A DNA stretch of 63,884 nt, the filler included, from an uncultured Acidimicrobiia bacterium (lineage in GTDB: Bacteria; Actinomycetota; Acidimicrobiia; Spongiisociales; JAOTWH01), in assembly GCA_964347285.1 (NCBI GenBank). It is 3 parts of 3 records of this genome, joined end to end, with 100 filler letters (N's around TTAATTAATTAA, not from the genome) between each part and the next. Parts side by side here need not be neighbours in the genome. Positions count along the whole stretch, not along the records: positions 27,545 to 54,896 come from CAYFYE010000023.1; 2 more parts are not named here. One strand, given 5' to 3'. The notes beneath the pieces were generated by a model. That model was not told the DNA's origin and did not search any database. It saw only the letters and a list, made by a program, of their open reading frames with translations. Positions 31,750 through 42,139 of the stretch are shown here, piece after piece (the stretch's first letter is position 1; the number at the start of each line of letters is the position of its first letter). The translations under genes were made by a program, and so were the position numbers.

Positions 31750-32922
31750 GTGCATGCGAGGGCGACTCCCTTTGGCGCTGGGGGCGGACCGGCGACCCCG
31801 AGATTGTTGCTACCTTCGGCGGCCGTGACCGCCCTGCCCTTCGTCGTCCGTCGGCCCTGGCTGCTCGTCCACGGGACGCTGGCCAATCGAGACCGGCCCA
31901 ACCTGACCCGGCTCCGCTCGATGGAAGATCCAGAGAGGTTCGTGTGGGCCATTCTGCCCCACGCCGCCCGGACGTTTGCGGCCAGCATCGCCATGCTGCC
32001 CGCCGCCAAGGCACGAACCGCCGCGGTGGCCTACCTCTACTGCCGGATGCTCGACACCTACGAGGATCTCCATCCCGATCCCCACGCCAAACAAGTCGCG
32101 CTCGGCACCTTCGCCACTCGCCTCGGCGAGGAGCCCATGCCCGACGCCCCGGCCCTGCCGGGAACCGAAGCCCGCGACCAGCGCGATCTCGTTCACCTGT
32201 TGCTGGTCGACCGGTGCGCACTCGTCGATCGGGTCTTCGAGAGCCTTCCGCCCGAAGACCAGAAGAACATCAACAAGCTGGTCCGCTCGATGGCCGGGGG
32301 GATGCGCTGGTCGGCCGAAGCATTCCAGACACAGGGAGGCGTACTTCTCTCGGACGAGCAGCTCGACCGCTACTGCCACAACGTCATCGGTGAACCTGCC
32401 CTGTTCACGATCAGGCTGCTCGTCCCCGGACCGATCTCAGAAGCCCATCGTCGGGATGCCATGCGGGTCAGCGAAATGATCCAGCTGGCCAATGTGACCC
32501 GCGACATCGAACGGGACCTGGAACGCGGCATCGCCTACCACCGATCCCTGAAACCGTTCCTGGGCCGTTCGGTCACCGAAGATGCCAAAATCGGCCACCG
32601 AGTCCGCGAGGTACGGCGAGAGCTGCTCCTCCGGGCCCTGCAAACCGCCCCCGCCTATCGGCGGCTCGTGGAGGAACTCGATCTGCCGCCCGTCAGCACG
32701 GCCCGGGCCTCGGCGGTGTTGATGCTCCTGTTCACCGATCGCTACTACCGGTCGTGCACGGCCCGGATCGATGGGCCGGTGTGGAGAGGACCCACCAGAA
32801 CCTCGGCACTCGTGCTGTCGGCGGCCATGGCCGCGGTGTCCCCCCGCTGGGCCACGAGAGTCATGGCCCGGGTAGAGGACGACTTCCGGGCCGCCTCCCT
32901 GGCGATCGGCGGCGCCCCGTGA
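31750..32922 (+). CDS. Squalene/phytoene synthase family protein
   Basis: ARTFA, YLYCRMLDTYED, YCHNV, QLANVTRDIERD; exact start uncertain. Confidence 0.8.
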   Translation: MHARATPFGAGGGPATPRLLLPSAAVTALPFVVRRPWLLVHGTLANRDRPNLTRLRSMEDPERFVWAILPHAARTFAASIAMLPAAKARTAAVAYLYCRMLDTYEDLHPDPHAKQVALGTFATRLGEEPMPDAPALPGTEARDQRDLVHLLLVDRCALVDRVFESLPPEDQKNINKLVRSMAGGMRWSAEAFQTQGGVLLSDEQLDRYCHNVIGEPALFTIRLLVPGPISEAHRRDAMRVSEMIQLANVTRDIERDLERGIAYHRSLKPFLGRSVTEDAKIGHRVREVRRELLLRALQTAPAYRRLVEELDLPPVSTARASAVLMLLFTDRYYRSCTARIDGPVWRGPTRTSALVLSAAMAAVSPRWATRVMARVEDDFRAASLAIGGAP

Positions 32923-33342
32923 TCAGTCCGGTTTGAGAAACACGATCGGGATCTCTCGATCCGTCCGGCCCTGGTAAGCGGTATACCCGTCGTAGGCGTC
33001 CACGGCCCGCCGCCACCAGTCCGCCCGCTCGGTCGGCCCGGCCGTACGGGCGCGGACCCGCCGTTTCTCACCGCCGACGTCGACCTCGGCGTCGGGATGG
33101 TCCACCAGGTTCAGGTACCACTCGGGGTGCCGATCGCGACCGCCCCACGAGGCAATCACCACAAACACCTCACCATCTTGCAGATACAGCAGCGGAACGG
33201 TGTGCGACCGGCCCGTCTTCCGGCCCCGCGTCGTCAGCAACAGCATGTCGTTTCCGACCAGACGGCCCCCCAACCGACCCCGGGTCGTCCGGTACAGGAT
33301 GGTGTGCATTCGGGACAAGCGGCGCGCGGTGGCATCTCTCAC
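32923..33342 (-). CDS. Deazaflavin (F420H2)-dependent nitroreductase family protein
   Basis: LLLTTRGRKTG, VIASWGG..HPEWYLNL, YQGRTDREIP. Confidence 0.88.
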   Translation of the reverse strand: MRDATARRLSRMHTILYRTTRGRLGGRLVGNDMLLLTTRGRKTGRSHTVPLLYLQDGEVFVVIASWGGRDRHPEWYLNLVDHPDAEVDVGGEKRRVRARTAGPTERADWWRRAVDAYDGYTAYQGRTDREIPIVFLKPD

Positions 33343-33640
33343 AAATCTGATGTTGGCCCTTCGGTCGGGGTTTCGCACCCCCGGGGACGACGGCCCGGAC
33401 CGCGCGAAGCCGCCTGCGGAACCACATGACGAGCCGAGAGGTCTCGGCTCCGGTAGCGCCGGGCCTCGACCGTCCATCCCGGGAGGCCGGCCTCGCCGCC
33501 GGAGCGGAACGTAGTGCCTTCCACCAACAGGATCTCTTCGACGTTCCGCCGGACCTGGGTTGTGACCTCCGGCACTGTCAACGAACTCGGTCCGGGTCCA
33601 TGATGAGCCTGAGCCCGCATCGCGCGTGGATGCTGCCGGA

Positions 33641-34630
33641 ATGCGCAAGATCGGCTTGCTGGTTGTGGCCTTTACGCTGACGGCTGTGGGCTGCGGCGCG
33701 TCTGAGACCACCTCGGTGACTGCAGCCAGTTCCCAGCCGCCCACCACTCCGTCTTCGACGACCGGCATTCCGACGACCGCAGCAATTTCCACTACTACCA
33801 CCACCACAAGAACGACCACCACGACCGCACCCTTCACCGTCGAGCCGATCGAGGACGACTGGACGCTTGCCGAGATCACGTGGGGCGTACAAGCGGGATG
33901 TTGCGAACTGCCGGCGCTTGGGCCGGTCTCTCCCGAAGGCCCGATCCCCGCACAAGGCTGGCCCGCCGACGGCTTCTACGACGTGACCGCCACCCGAATG
34001 GGCGATCCGCCCGGCGTCCTGGCGCTGGCAATCAGGCGCTGGGTGCCCTGTGCCGATCTCCCCAATCGCTGTATCCACGACGCTCCGAAAGAGGGCATCG
34101 TCGCCGACCCGGCGAGTGAGGTCGCAAGGACCCTGATCATGGACGAGGAACTCACCATCGTGATCCGTCCGATCCAGCGCTTCGAGGATGGCCGACAAAC
34201 GTCGATCGGACTTACCGGCACCGGACGGGCTCTCCAACGGCTGCTGTCGGGCTTCTGCGCCGGCTATCTGCCGCCACAGAACACCACGAATTGCGGCATC
34301 GACCACGCCTTCATCGATTGGGTCTGGGACCCCTACCAGGATGGCCGGTCGATCGATGAAATCGAGCAGCAAATCGTGGCCCACGGCACCGATCCGGCCT
34401 TTCCGCTCGGAATGTTCGACGACGGATCATCGGCCATCCCCTGTTCGGCCGACCGCCGCTGTCCGATTGCCTATCGAGGCCCGCACGGTGCCCACCTCGT
34501 GATCGATCCGGGACTGGTCGAATGGGTCGAGGGGTTCCCCGGCTCCGTGCTCTACGGGTGGTGGACCTCACTCGAGATCCGGAAAGGGCGCCCCATCCTC
34601 TACATCGATGCCGGTCAGATCGCCGGCTGA
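33641..34630 (+). CDS. Hypothetical lipoprotein with a Thr-rich linker
   Basis: Signal peptide with AVG-C lipobox, poly-Thr tract, Cys-containing globular region. Confidence 0.7.
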   Translation: MRKIGLLVVAFTLTAVGCGASETTSVTAASSQPPTTPSSTTGIPTTAAISTTTTTTRTTTTTAPFTVEPIEDDWTLAEITWGVQAGCCELPALGPVSPEGPIPAQGWPADGFYDVTATRMGDPPGVLALAIRRWVPCADLPNRCIHDAPKEGIVADPASEVARTLIMDEELTIVIRPIQRFEDGRQTSIGLTGTGRALQRLLSGFCAGYLPPQNTTNCGIDHAFIDWVWDPYQDGRSIDEIEQQIVAHGTDPAFPLGMFDDGSSAIPCSADRRCPIAYRGPHGAHLVIDPGLVEWVEGFPGSVLYGWWTSLEIRKGRPILYIDAGQIAG

Positions 34631-34753
34631 GGCTCGGGGTCGCAGCACCCGCCGACTCACGGAGACCTCAGCCCAGGGTTTCCGCCATCCGCCCCGTCAG
34701 GGAACCGAGGACGAGAACCGAAGGCCTATCGTGTCCTGCGTGCAAGGACGGTC

Positions 34754-36145
34754 ATGCAGCGACAATTGATCAAGTACGTCCTCGACCGGGAGGACTTCGG
34801 GTCCGAGGTGACGGTCGCCGGATGGGTTCGGACACGCCGGGATTCGAAGGGCGGCTTCTCGTTCCTTGAACTCAACGATGGCTCGAGCTCTACCGGACTA
34901 CAGATCATCGCCGATGACGGCCTCCCCAACTACGAGTCGGAGGTCCTGCGTCTCGGCATCGGCAGCGCCGCCCGGATCACCGGTGAGTTGACCGAGTCGC
35001 CCGGGGCGGGACAGCGGATCGAGCTCAAGGCGACGGAGGTCGAGGTGTACGGCTTCGCCGACCCCGACACGTACCCGCTCCAGAAGAAGCGGGTGTCCTT
35101 CGAGCGGCTGCGGGAGATCGCCCACCTGCGCCCCCGCACCGGCACCATCGGGGCCGTTACCCGGGTCCGCAATGAGCTTTCCTACGCCACCCATCGCTTC
35201 TTCCAGGATCGGGACTTCCTGTACCTGCAGACGCCGGTGATCACCGCCAGCGACGCCGAGGGCGCCGGAGCCATGTTCCGGGTGACCGCGCTCGATCCGG
35301 CCGGGCCCCCGCGCACCGATGGAGGGGCCGTCGATTACTCCGAGGACTTCTTCGGCAAGCCCACCTTCCTCACCGTGAGCGGACAGCTCAACGCCGAGGC
35401 CTTCGCACTCGCCCTGGACCGGGTCTACACGTTCGGTCCCACGTTTCGAGCCGAGAACTCCAACACCCGCCGCCACCTGGCCGAGTTCTGGATGATCGAA
35501 CCGGAGATGGCCTTCGCCGACCTGAACGACAATGCCGACCTGGCCGAGGACTACGTGAGGTACCTGGCCCGGTCGGTCCTGGACAACTGCGGCCCCGATC
35601 TCGAATTCTTCCACCGACTAGACGAAGGGCTCCTCGACACCCTCGCCTCCGTGGCCGATACCGAGTTCGAGCGCATCACCTACACCGAGGCGATCGACGT
35701 GCTCGCTCGGGCCGACGAAGCGTTCGAATACCCGGTTGCCTGGGGAGCCGATCTCCAGTCGGAGCACGAGCGCTACCTCACGGAGCGAGCGCTAGGGAAG
35801 CCCACGATCGTCACCGACTTCCCGTTCGACTTCAAGGCCTTCTACATGCGCCGCAACGACGACGGCAGGACCGTGGCCGCCATGGACGTGCTTGTGCCGC
35901 GGGTCGGCGAGATCGTGGGCGGCAGCCAACGTGAAGAGCGGCTCGACGTGCTGGTCGACAGCATGGCCCGCAAGGGCCTGGACCAGGACCATTATTGGTG
36001 GTATCTGGATCTACGGCGCTTCGGCAGCGTCCCCCACTCCGGCTTCGGGCTCGGTCTGGAACGAGTCGTCCAGTTCTGCACCGGGATGCAGAACATCCGC
36101 GAAGTCATCCCATTTCCCCGCTCGCCACGCAGTGCCGAGTTCTGA
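34754..36145 (+). CDS. asnS: Asparagine--tRNA ligase
   Basis: [56 protein letters not shown]. Confidence 0.96.
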   Translation: MQRQLIKYVLDREDFGSEVTVAGWVRTRRDSKGGFSFLELNDGSSSTGLQIIADDGLPNYESEVLRLGIGSAARITGELTESPGAGQRIELKATEVEVYGFADPDTYPLQKKRVSFERLREIAHLRPRTGTIGAVTRVRNELSYATHRFFQDRDFLYLQTPVITASDAEGAGAMFRVTALDPAGPPRTDGGAVDYSEDFFGKPTFLTVSGQLNAEAFALALDRVYTFGPTFRAENSNTRRHLAEFWMIEPEMAFADLNDNADLAEDYVRYLARSVLDNCGPDLEFFHRLDEGLLDTLASVADTEFERITYTEAIDVLARADEAFEYPVAWGADLQSEHERYLTERALGKPTIVTDFPFDFKAFYMRRNDDGRTVAAMDVLVPRVGEIVGGSQREERLDVLVDSMARKGLDQDHYWWYLDLRRFGSVPHSGFGLGLERVVQFCTGMQNIREVIPFPRSPRSAEF

Positions 36146-36172
36146 CGCCGGGCTCCTCGCCGTATTGAGAAT

Positions 36173-36985
36173 CTAGACGGCCGCCCGACGCCTGCGGTGA
36201 AGCTCGAGCAAGGGTTTGTAGAGGCCGTAATGCTTCATGCGGGACAGCGTCAGGTTCCGGTAGTTGAAATCGCCGCTTTGCGTTTGCAAGAACTCTGCCA
36301 CGTCTGCCTCCAGTGAGGCACCGTATTCTCGCCGATAACCTTCCAACAACTCCTGCTTCACATAGTCGTAGAGCTGGAGGTCGGCGGCGTGGGCTTCGGC
36401 GATCATTTCCCGCGTCCTCTCCGTCGAGAGCAGGCGCTCCTTGATGGCATTGGAGGAAGCGACGTTGACTCGTTTGTAGGAGATGTTCAGCTCGTTGAAC
36501 CGGAGTCTCTTCAGCAACACCATCGATTCATCGAAATGCTCGGCCAGGCCCACGAACATGTTTCTCTTCTCGATGATGCGGATCGCTTCGTTCACATCAT
36601 CAACGCCGGCAATCTGCTTCGTCGCCGGATTACGCGTCCAATCCTGCTGGATCCAGTCTTCGAAAGCGATCTTCTTCCCCGATACTTCCTTCTTGTACTG
36701 ATAATGCGAAGCCGATGACTTGACGGGATCGCGGATCATCGTGAAATAGTCGAACCGGTCGCCATCGTCCCCGAGGTCGACGTAGCCGGTGACACGATGC
36801 CCGGCAATGCTCCTCAGATTCGGATACAGCTTGCGCAGGCGCTCCAGATCTTGGATCGAGAAGGGCGGCCCGGTCCACCGGGCGTGCCAGGGCTCCACCT
36901 GACAGTGTCGCAGACCATAGGTACTACGAAGGATATAGGTCACGGTCGTGCCACCCGACTTACTCAGATGAACAAATACACGCAT
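36173..36985 (-). CDS. Sulfotransferase family 2-like protein
   Basis: 5'-PSB motif FVHLSKSGGTT; 3'-PB motif IRDPVKSSASHY; FVGLAEHFDES. Confidence 0.8.
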   Translation of the reverse strand: MRVFVHLSKSGGTTVTYILRSTYGLRHCQVEPWHARWTGPPFSIQDLERLRKLYPNLRSIAGHRVTGYVDLGDDGDRFDYFTMIRDPVKSSASHYQYKKEVSGKKIAFEDWIQQDWTRNPATKQIAGVDDVNEAIRIIEKRNMFVGLAEHFDESMVLLKRLRFNELNISYKRVNVASSNAIKERLLSTERTREMIAEAHAADLQLYDYVKQELLEGYRREYGASLEADVAEFLQTQSGDFNYRNLTLSRMKHYGLYKPLLELHRRRRAAV

Positions 36986-37018
36986 GAGCCACCTCGTGCC
37001 ATTGGCGGATAGACCGAC

Positions 37019-39277
37019 CTAATCGAACTCTTCAAATACTTGTTCGCCTCCGCTGACCGCACCGAGTATCGCCTCTGCGACTTCCGGCCGCATGAACCAC
37101 TCGGGAGGTGTTTCGCCCCGTAGGAACATGGCCCTTGCTTCGGTGCCGCTCAGCAAGTAGCGCCTATCTCCGTCCGGCTCGGACTCGCCATTCACCTCCA
37201 CATAGCCGTCCAGTTGTTGCGAATAGACGACTTCCCTGAACTTGACGATTGTCATCCCCAGGTCGGCAAAGGCGTCGAACAGCTCATGCGAGGCATAGGG
37301 ATCGTAGAAGCTTCCCACACCGGTGTGATCGCGACCAACAATGAAATGACTACAGCCAAAGTTCTTTCGACACAGGGCCGTGAAGAGAGCCTCTCGAGGT
37401 CCGGCATATCGCGAGAACGTGGCAAATGCGGCGCAGACCACCGTATCCTTCGGGTAATAGCGGTCCATCATCAACTCGTAGCTCTTGATGATGTATTTGG
37501 GCTTGAAGTCTCCCGGCTTCTTTCGACCGACCACCGGTTGCACCAGAATGCCGTCACAATGCGTTTCTTCCATTGCCCGCAGCTGCATGAACTCGTGACC
37601 TCTGTGGATGACATTCCGAGTGTGGAAGCCCAGGACCCTCGCCCAGCCGCGTTCGTCGAAGAGTTTGCGTACCTGTTTCGGCGTCAGCTCGTACGCTCTG
37701 GTTTCTGATTGCCTCCCCTTGACCAGGTCTATTCGGCCGGCCAGCAAAACCTCCCCGGCGGCTTGGATCGTCCTGACCCCAGGATGGTCACGATCGCTCG
37801 TGCCGTACAGCCGCCGGGCTGTGTCCTCTCGGTCGAACTCGAACTTCTCATCCAAGCGAAGAAGAGCCATGACTTCGCTGCGATCATCGGTCAAGCCAAC
37901 GACCTGGCCGATCGACAAGCTATCTGCCGTGTCCTTTGCGACATCTAGGGTGATCGGAAGCGGCCACACGGTACCGTCGGCCAACCGCATGTCCGACAAG
38001 ACCGAGCGGAAGTCCTCCGCGCCCATGAAGCCTTCCAATGGGCTGTAGGTTCCGACTGCTATTTGCTCTACTTCCATCTGCTTGTTCGGATCGAGCCTGA
38101 CCTTGGGCAATGCGGCCAGGAAGTCTTTGTCGGGCACCTCGCTGAGAACGCGGTTCACCAAGGATCCTCCGTGGGGCGGTATGAGGGACCCCGTGCCGTT
38201 CTGCAGCAGGTAGGGTGAACGCTCGAGGACCTGAACAAACCCCGGGTAGCCGCGATCGTGGCGACTCTCGCTCATGACTGCCTCCGCGTGGAGTATCAGC
38301 CTGTTCAGCATGTTGATGCACTCCATGGGATGTCTGCCGATGGCCGTTTCCGCCGCCAAGGTGAGGCCCTGCGCTCCATCGAGGATTGTGTTCACGACGT
38401 CCTGGACTTCGGCTCGGGTCGGCTTCCGATTCTCGATCATCGTTTCGAGCAGGTTCGTGGCGACGAAGACCCCGGTATCGTGTTGACGGGCCTTGGAGAT
38501 GATCACCTTTTGGGTGAACGGTATCTTCTCTATCGGGATCTCTTTGCTGAGATCTCCCCGATCGATCAATACGAGATCTGATTTCTCGATGATTTCGTCG
38601 ATGTTCTCCAGCGCATCGACCGACTCGACCTTCGAAATGATCTTCATCTTGCCTTGTGTGGCCCTTCTCGCCTCATCGATTGAGGCTCCGGACCGCACAA
38701 ATGAGACCGCAATGTGCTCTATCCCGGCTTCCAAACCGAGCTCGATCGACTGATAGTCCTTCGATGACAAAGGTGGGAGGTCCAGCTTCTTCGCGAAGAC
38801 GGGATCCACGACGACGGCCTTGTTTCTCCCGACGTAGCCCCCAAAGATGGCCCTGGCCGTGACATAACCCGCTGATGCTGTGGATACATCCATGACTCGC
38901 AAAATCAGCGTGTCGAAGTCGACGTGGATCAAATCACCCGAGGACAATTGGTTGATTACGAAGCCCGGCCGGAGATGAATGTTGCGAGCGTCGCCGACTA
39001 TCTCGTCCGAACAAAGCCTGACATCATCGTTCTCGGCAAAATAGACAATCTCATTCTCCAGATCTCCGGTCCTGACCTGGGATCCTTCGGTGTCGAGGAT
39101 GAAAGGTATGCCAACGCTCTGGGCCATTCCGATGCAGCGTTCCAGGTACTCGAGACTGGAGTGGGACATGTTCACCCTGACGAAGTCGACGCCCCGGTCT
39201 TTCATCTTCGTCAGATAGGTCTCGGTGTGCGAGGCCGGCCCGAGGGTGACGATGATCTTCGTTCTTCTTTGGTCCAC
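37019..39277 (-). CDS. Pyruvate kinase-like domain fused to sulfate adenylyltransferase (Sat-type ATP sulfurylase)
   Basis: PK part: TKIIVTLGPAS, RVNMSH, RGDL, PTRAEVQDV, AETAIG. Sat part: PHGG.L, YSPLEGFM, WPLPITL, HTRNVIHRGHE, YAGPREA, IVGRDH, LSGT. One uninterrupted frame. Confidence 0.88.
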   Translation of the reverse strand: MDQRRTKIIVTLGPASHTETYLTKMKDRGVDFVRVNMSHSSLEYLERCIGMAQSVGIPFILDTEGSQVRTGDLENEIVYFAENDDVRLCSDEIVGDARNIHLRPGFVINQLSSGDLIHVDFDTLILRVMDVSTASAGYVTARAIFGGYVGRNKAVVVDPVFAKKLDLPPLSSKDYQSIELGLEAGIEHIAVSFVRSGASIDEARRATQGKMKIISKVESVDALENIDEIIEKSDLVLIDRGDLSKEIPIEKIPFTQKVIISKARQHDTGVFVATNLLETMIENRKPTRAEVQDVVNTILDGAQGLTLAAETAIGRHPMECINMLNRLILHAEAVMSESRHDRGYPGFVQVLERSPYLLQNGTGSLIPPHGGSLVNRVLSEVPDKDFLAALPKVRLDPNKQMEVEQIAVGTYSPLEGFMGAEDFRSVLSDMRLADGTVWPLPITLDVAKDTADSLSIGQVVGLTDDRSEVMALLRLDEKFEFDREDTARRLYGTSDRDHPGVRTIQAAGEVLLAGRIDLVKGRQSETRAYELTPKQVRKLFDERGWARVLGFHTRNVIHRGHEFMQLRAMEETHCDGILVQPVVGRKKPGDFKPKYIIKSYELMMDRYYPKDTVVCAAFATFSRYAGPREALFTALCRKNFGCSHFIVGRDHTGVGSFYDPYASHELFDAFADLGMTIVKFREVVYSQQLDGYVEVNGESEPDGDRRYLLSGTEARAMFLRGETPPEWFMRPEVAEAILGAVSGGEQVFEEFD

Positions 39278-39641
39278 GGCTCTCTCTGCACCGAGGGGTC
39301 GCCGGGCTGGGTGATGCAGCCAGAACCTGGTGGCTCGGCCCCACGGCATATCGGCGGTCTGCTTCGTGGGCGAACCATGAGCTCCCTGGCCTTGCTCCGC
39401 CCGGTGGAAAGGATACCACTTTAAGTGGTTAGGGTGACCCAGCGAGGCCGAGAGGACCACCCCCCGCGTTCGTGGATAGCCTGCATGAGATGCGCGCCCT
39501 CAGCGCGAGTCGACGTCTGACCGATGACCGGGCGCCCCTCAGTTACTCCACAGGTTCGAAGGGGTCGCCCGTGGAGGCCGATCTGCGCCCCCCTCGCCCC
39601 CCCGAAGAGAGGGAGCGCCCTTCGGAAGCAGCGACGGTCGC

Positions 39642-40025
39642 CTAACCGAAGAACTCGTCGACGGCTCGCTGGTCTTCGTCCACGACCCAGAGCTCAGTGA
39701 TCTTGTCGCCACTCAAGTGATATACCACGACCCGGTTCGAGCTCAGGCTCTTTCCGCCCCGCTCGGCGTGCATGATGCTGAGCACCACCGCATGGTCGTC
39801 GCTGGCCAGCAAGTCGTGCTCTTCGATGCGCATCGAATCGACCATCCCGGTCGCCTGGGCCAGGTACCCGGCGAACTCCGCCTTGCTCCCATAGACACCG
39901 CTCGTGGGACTGTGACCACCAATGTGGGCAACCAGATCGTCGGCGTAGAAGGCGGTCGCTCCCTCGAAGTCACCCGCCGTCATCCGATTCAGATACTCTC
40001 GCATCACCTCGAGCGTCCCCGACAT
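39642..40025 (-). CDS. SnoaL/NTF2-like protein
   Basis: GDF..A..FYADD, SGVY.SK, GDKITELW; GGAGGG RBS. Confidence 0.8.
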   Translation of the reverse strand: MSGTLEVMREYLNRMTAGDFEGATAFYADDLVAHIGGHSPTSGVYGSKAEFAGYLAQATGMVDSMRIEEHDLLASDDHAVVLSIMHAERGGKSLSSNRVVVYHLSGDKITELWVVDEDQRAVDEFFG

Positions 40026-40099
40026 CAGTCCACCCTCCTCTCGTGTGGCCGGAACCCCGCCGAGGCTACTCGTCCCGACCCCTCGGGCGCCGACAGGCA

Positions 40100-41221
40100 T
40101 CAACCGCAGAAAACGCCGACCAGTTCCACGAGGATCCGCCGGCACGTCTCGACCGTCTGCAGATCCACCCACTCCCGACGGCTGTGGAGGCCGTCGCCGC
40201 CCGGCCCGAAGACGACCGCCGGTATTCCCGCCTCGGTGAGGAGGGCGGCATCCGTCCAGAACGGCGCTCCGCCGATCGGCGGAGCCCGACCCAAGACGTT
40301 TCTGGCAGCGGCCGCCAGTGCGACCACGATCGGCTCGTCGGCCGAGAGCCGCAACGGCGCCCGGTACAGCGAGGCGGTGTGCTCGACGGTGGCGGGCGGC
40401 TGCACCAGCGCCGCCAACCGGGCCAGGTCCGCTTGCCAGTCTTTGGGCTCCTCCCCCGGAACGATGCGCCGCTCCAGATGTATGACGCACTCCCCCGGAT
40501 ACGACGAGATCTCCTGGCCACCACTGATCAACGAGGCGTGGACGGCACCATGACCCACCACTGGGTCGGACGCCCTCTGCTGCAACTCGGCGTGGAGATC
40601 GGAGATCCCCCTCAAGACGGGCCCGGCGTGGGCGATGGCGTCGACGCCGACGTCGGCGTTCGAGCCGTGGGCGGCAACGCCGTGGACGGTGAGTTCGCCC
40701 CAGGCAAACCCGCGATGGGCGACGGCGATCTCGAGGTTGGTCGGCTCGACCACCACTGCGGCGTCGGCCCTCCACCCGGCGACGACCGCCTCTGTCCCCT
40801 TGCTCCCGGCCTCCTCGTCGATCACGCCGGTGAAGATCACATCACCGGGAAGATCCATCTCGGCGGCGGCGACGACGGCTTCCATCGCAGCTACGACGCC
40901 GGCCTTAGTGTCGAGCGAGCCCCGCCCGTAAAGGCGATCACCGACCACGGACGGGGTGAAGGGATCGGGGTATCCGTCGACTCCCACGGTGTCGAAGTGG
41001 GCGTTGAGCATCAAGCTGCGGCCGCCGCCCGAGCCGTGGGCGACGGCGACGACGTTGGGGCGGGTCGGCTCCACCTCTTCAATCGAGACCTCGAGTCCCG
41101 CGCCCCCCAGCCAACCGGCGACGGCGTCCGCCACCGCTCCCTCCCCTGCCCCGGCCCCGAGATCGGGGTTGGTGGAGTCGATGGCTACCAGTTCACGGAG
41201 CATGGACGGACCGTCGAGCAC
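40100..41221 (-). CDS. M20 family metallo-deacylase (ArgE/DapE-like)
   Basis: NAHFDTV, YGRGSLDTK, DEE, VEPT, AAHGS, WTDA, HSRRE. Confidence 0.88.
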   Translation of the reverse strand: MLDGPSMLRELVAIDSTNPDLGAGAGEGAVADAVAGWLGGAGLEVSIEEVEPTRPNVVAVAHGSGGGRSLMLNAHFDTVGVDGYPDPFTPSVVGDRLYGRGSLDTKAGVVAAMEAVVAAAEMDLPGDVIFTGVIDEEAGSKGTEAVVAGWRADAAVVVEPTNLEIAVAHRGFAWGELTVHGVAAHGSNADVGVDAIAHAGPVLRGISDLHAELQQRASDPVVGHGAVHASLISGGQEISSYPGECVIHLERRIVPGEEPKDWQADLARLAALVQPPATVEHTASLYRAPLRLSADEPIVVALAAAARNVLGRAPPIGGAPFWTDAALLTEAGIPAVVFGPGGDGLHSRREWVDLQTVETCRRILVELVGVFCG

Positions 41222-41414
41222 GGGCCCAGGGTATCCGGAGAGACACAGCCGGCACCCCGCCGGCGGAGGGCAGGACGCTGCTGTCCCCTACCGCCGGCCC
41301 ACCCCCGAGAACCGGGGCATCCCCACATCGGCACGGCCCGTTGGCGGGGTCGGGGTTTACGTTCGGCGGATCCGTACACTGCACGGCGACCACCACACCA
41401 AGGGAGACCAACCA

Positions 41415-41996
41415 ATGGCCGTGACCTCGACCATGCTGCCGCTGGGCACCTCCGCCCCGGCTTTCGAACTGCCGGACACGGTGAGCGGCGACCGGGTCTC
41501 GATCGAAGACTTCGCCAATAAGAAAGCGCTGTTGGTGATGTTCATCTGCAATCACTGTCCCTACGTGCAGCACATACGACACGGCTTGGCCGCGCTCGGG
41601 AACGATTACGCCGACAGCGACCTGGCAATCGTGGCGATCTCGTCGAATGACCCCGAGACCTACCCGACGGATAGCCCCGATGGGATGGCCCGGGAGGCAA
41701 GGGAGGTTGGCTACCGCTTCCCCTACCTCTTCGACGAGAGCCAGAAGGTGGCGAAGGCGTACACCGCGATGTGCACGCCGGACTTCTTCCTCTTCGGCCC
41801 GGACAGGACATTGGTGTACCGGGGCCGCTTCGACGGGGCCCGGCCCAACACCATCGGCAAGGTGACCGGGGCCGACCTGCGGGCCGCCATCGAGGCGGTG
41901 CTCAACGACGAGCCGGTGTCGAATGAGCAGTTCCCATCGATGGGCTGCTCGATCAAGTGGAAGCCCGGCAACGAGCCCCACTACTACTCGGGCTAG
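41415..41996 (+). CDS. Thioredoxin-fold AhpC/TSA family protein
   Basis: FICNHCPYV, ISSND, CTPDFF, YRGRFD, GCSIKW. Confidence 0.9.
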   Translation: MAVTSTMLPLGTSAPAFELPDTVSGDRVSIEDFANKKALLVMFICNHCPYVQHIRHGLAALGNDYADSDLAIVAISSNDPETYPTDSPDGMAREAREVGYRFPYLFDESQKVAKAYTAMCTPDFFLFGPDRTLVYRGRFDGARPNTIGKVTGADLRAAIEAVLNDEPVSNEQFPSMGCSIKWKPGNEPHYYSG

Positions 41997-42139
41997 GCGG
42001 AGCGGCTCTGGCGCCTCCACAGCCGGCGGGGACAGGCTCCAGGCGGGCGGGTGATGCCCGGCATCGAGAACCTCCTCCGGCGCCACGGCCTCGGCGTTCC
42101 CCGGGCCCTTCGGGCGACCACACGCTGGAGATCGAAGCC

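Noticed and set aside
39545..39640. GGTTCGAA (39553-39560) as a tRNA T-loop or att remnant at the island edge
   Set aside because: I could not build a T-stem or cloverleaf, and found no matching repeat at the asnS end.
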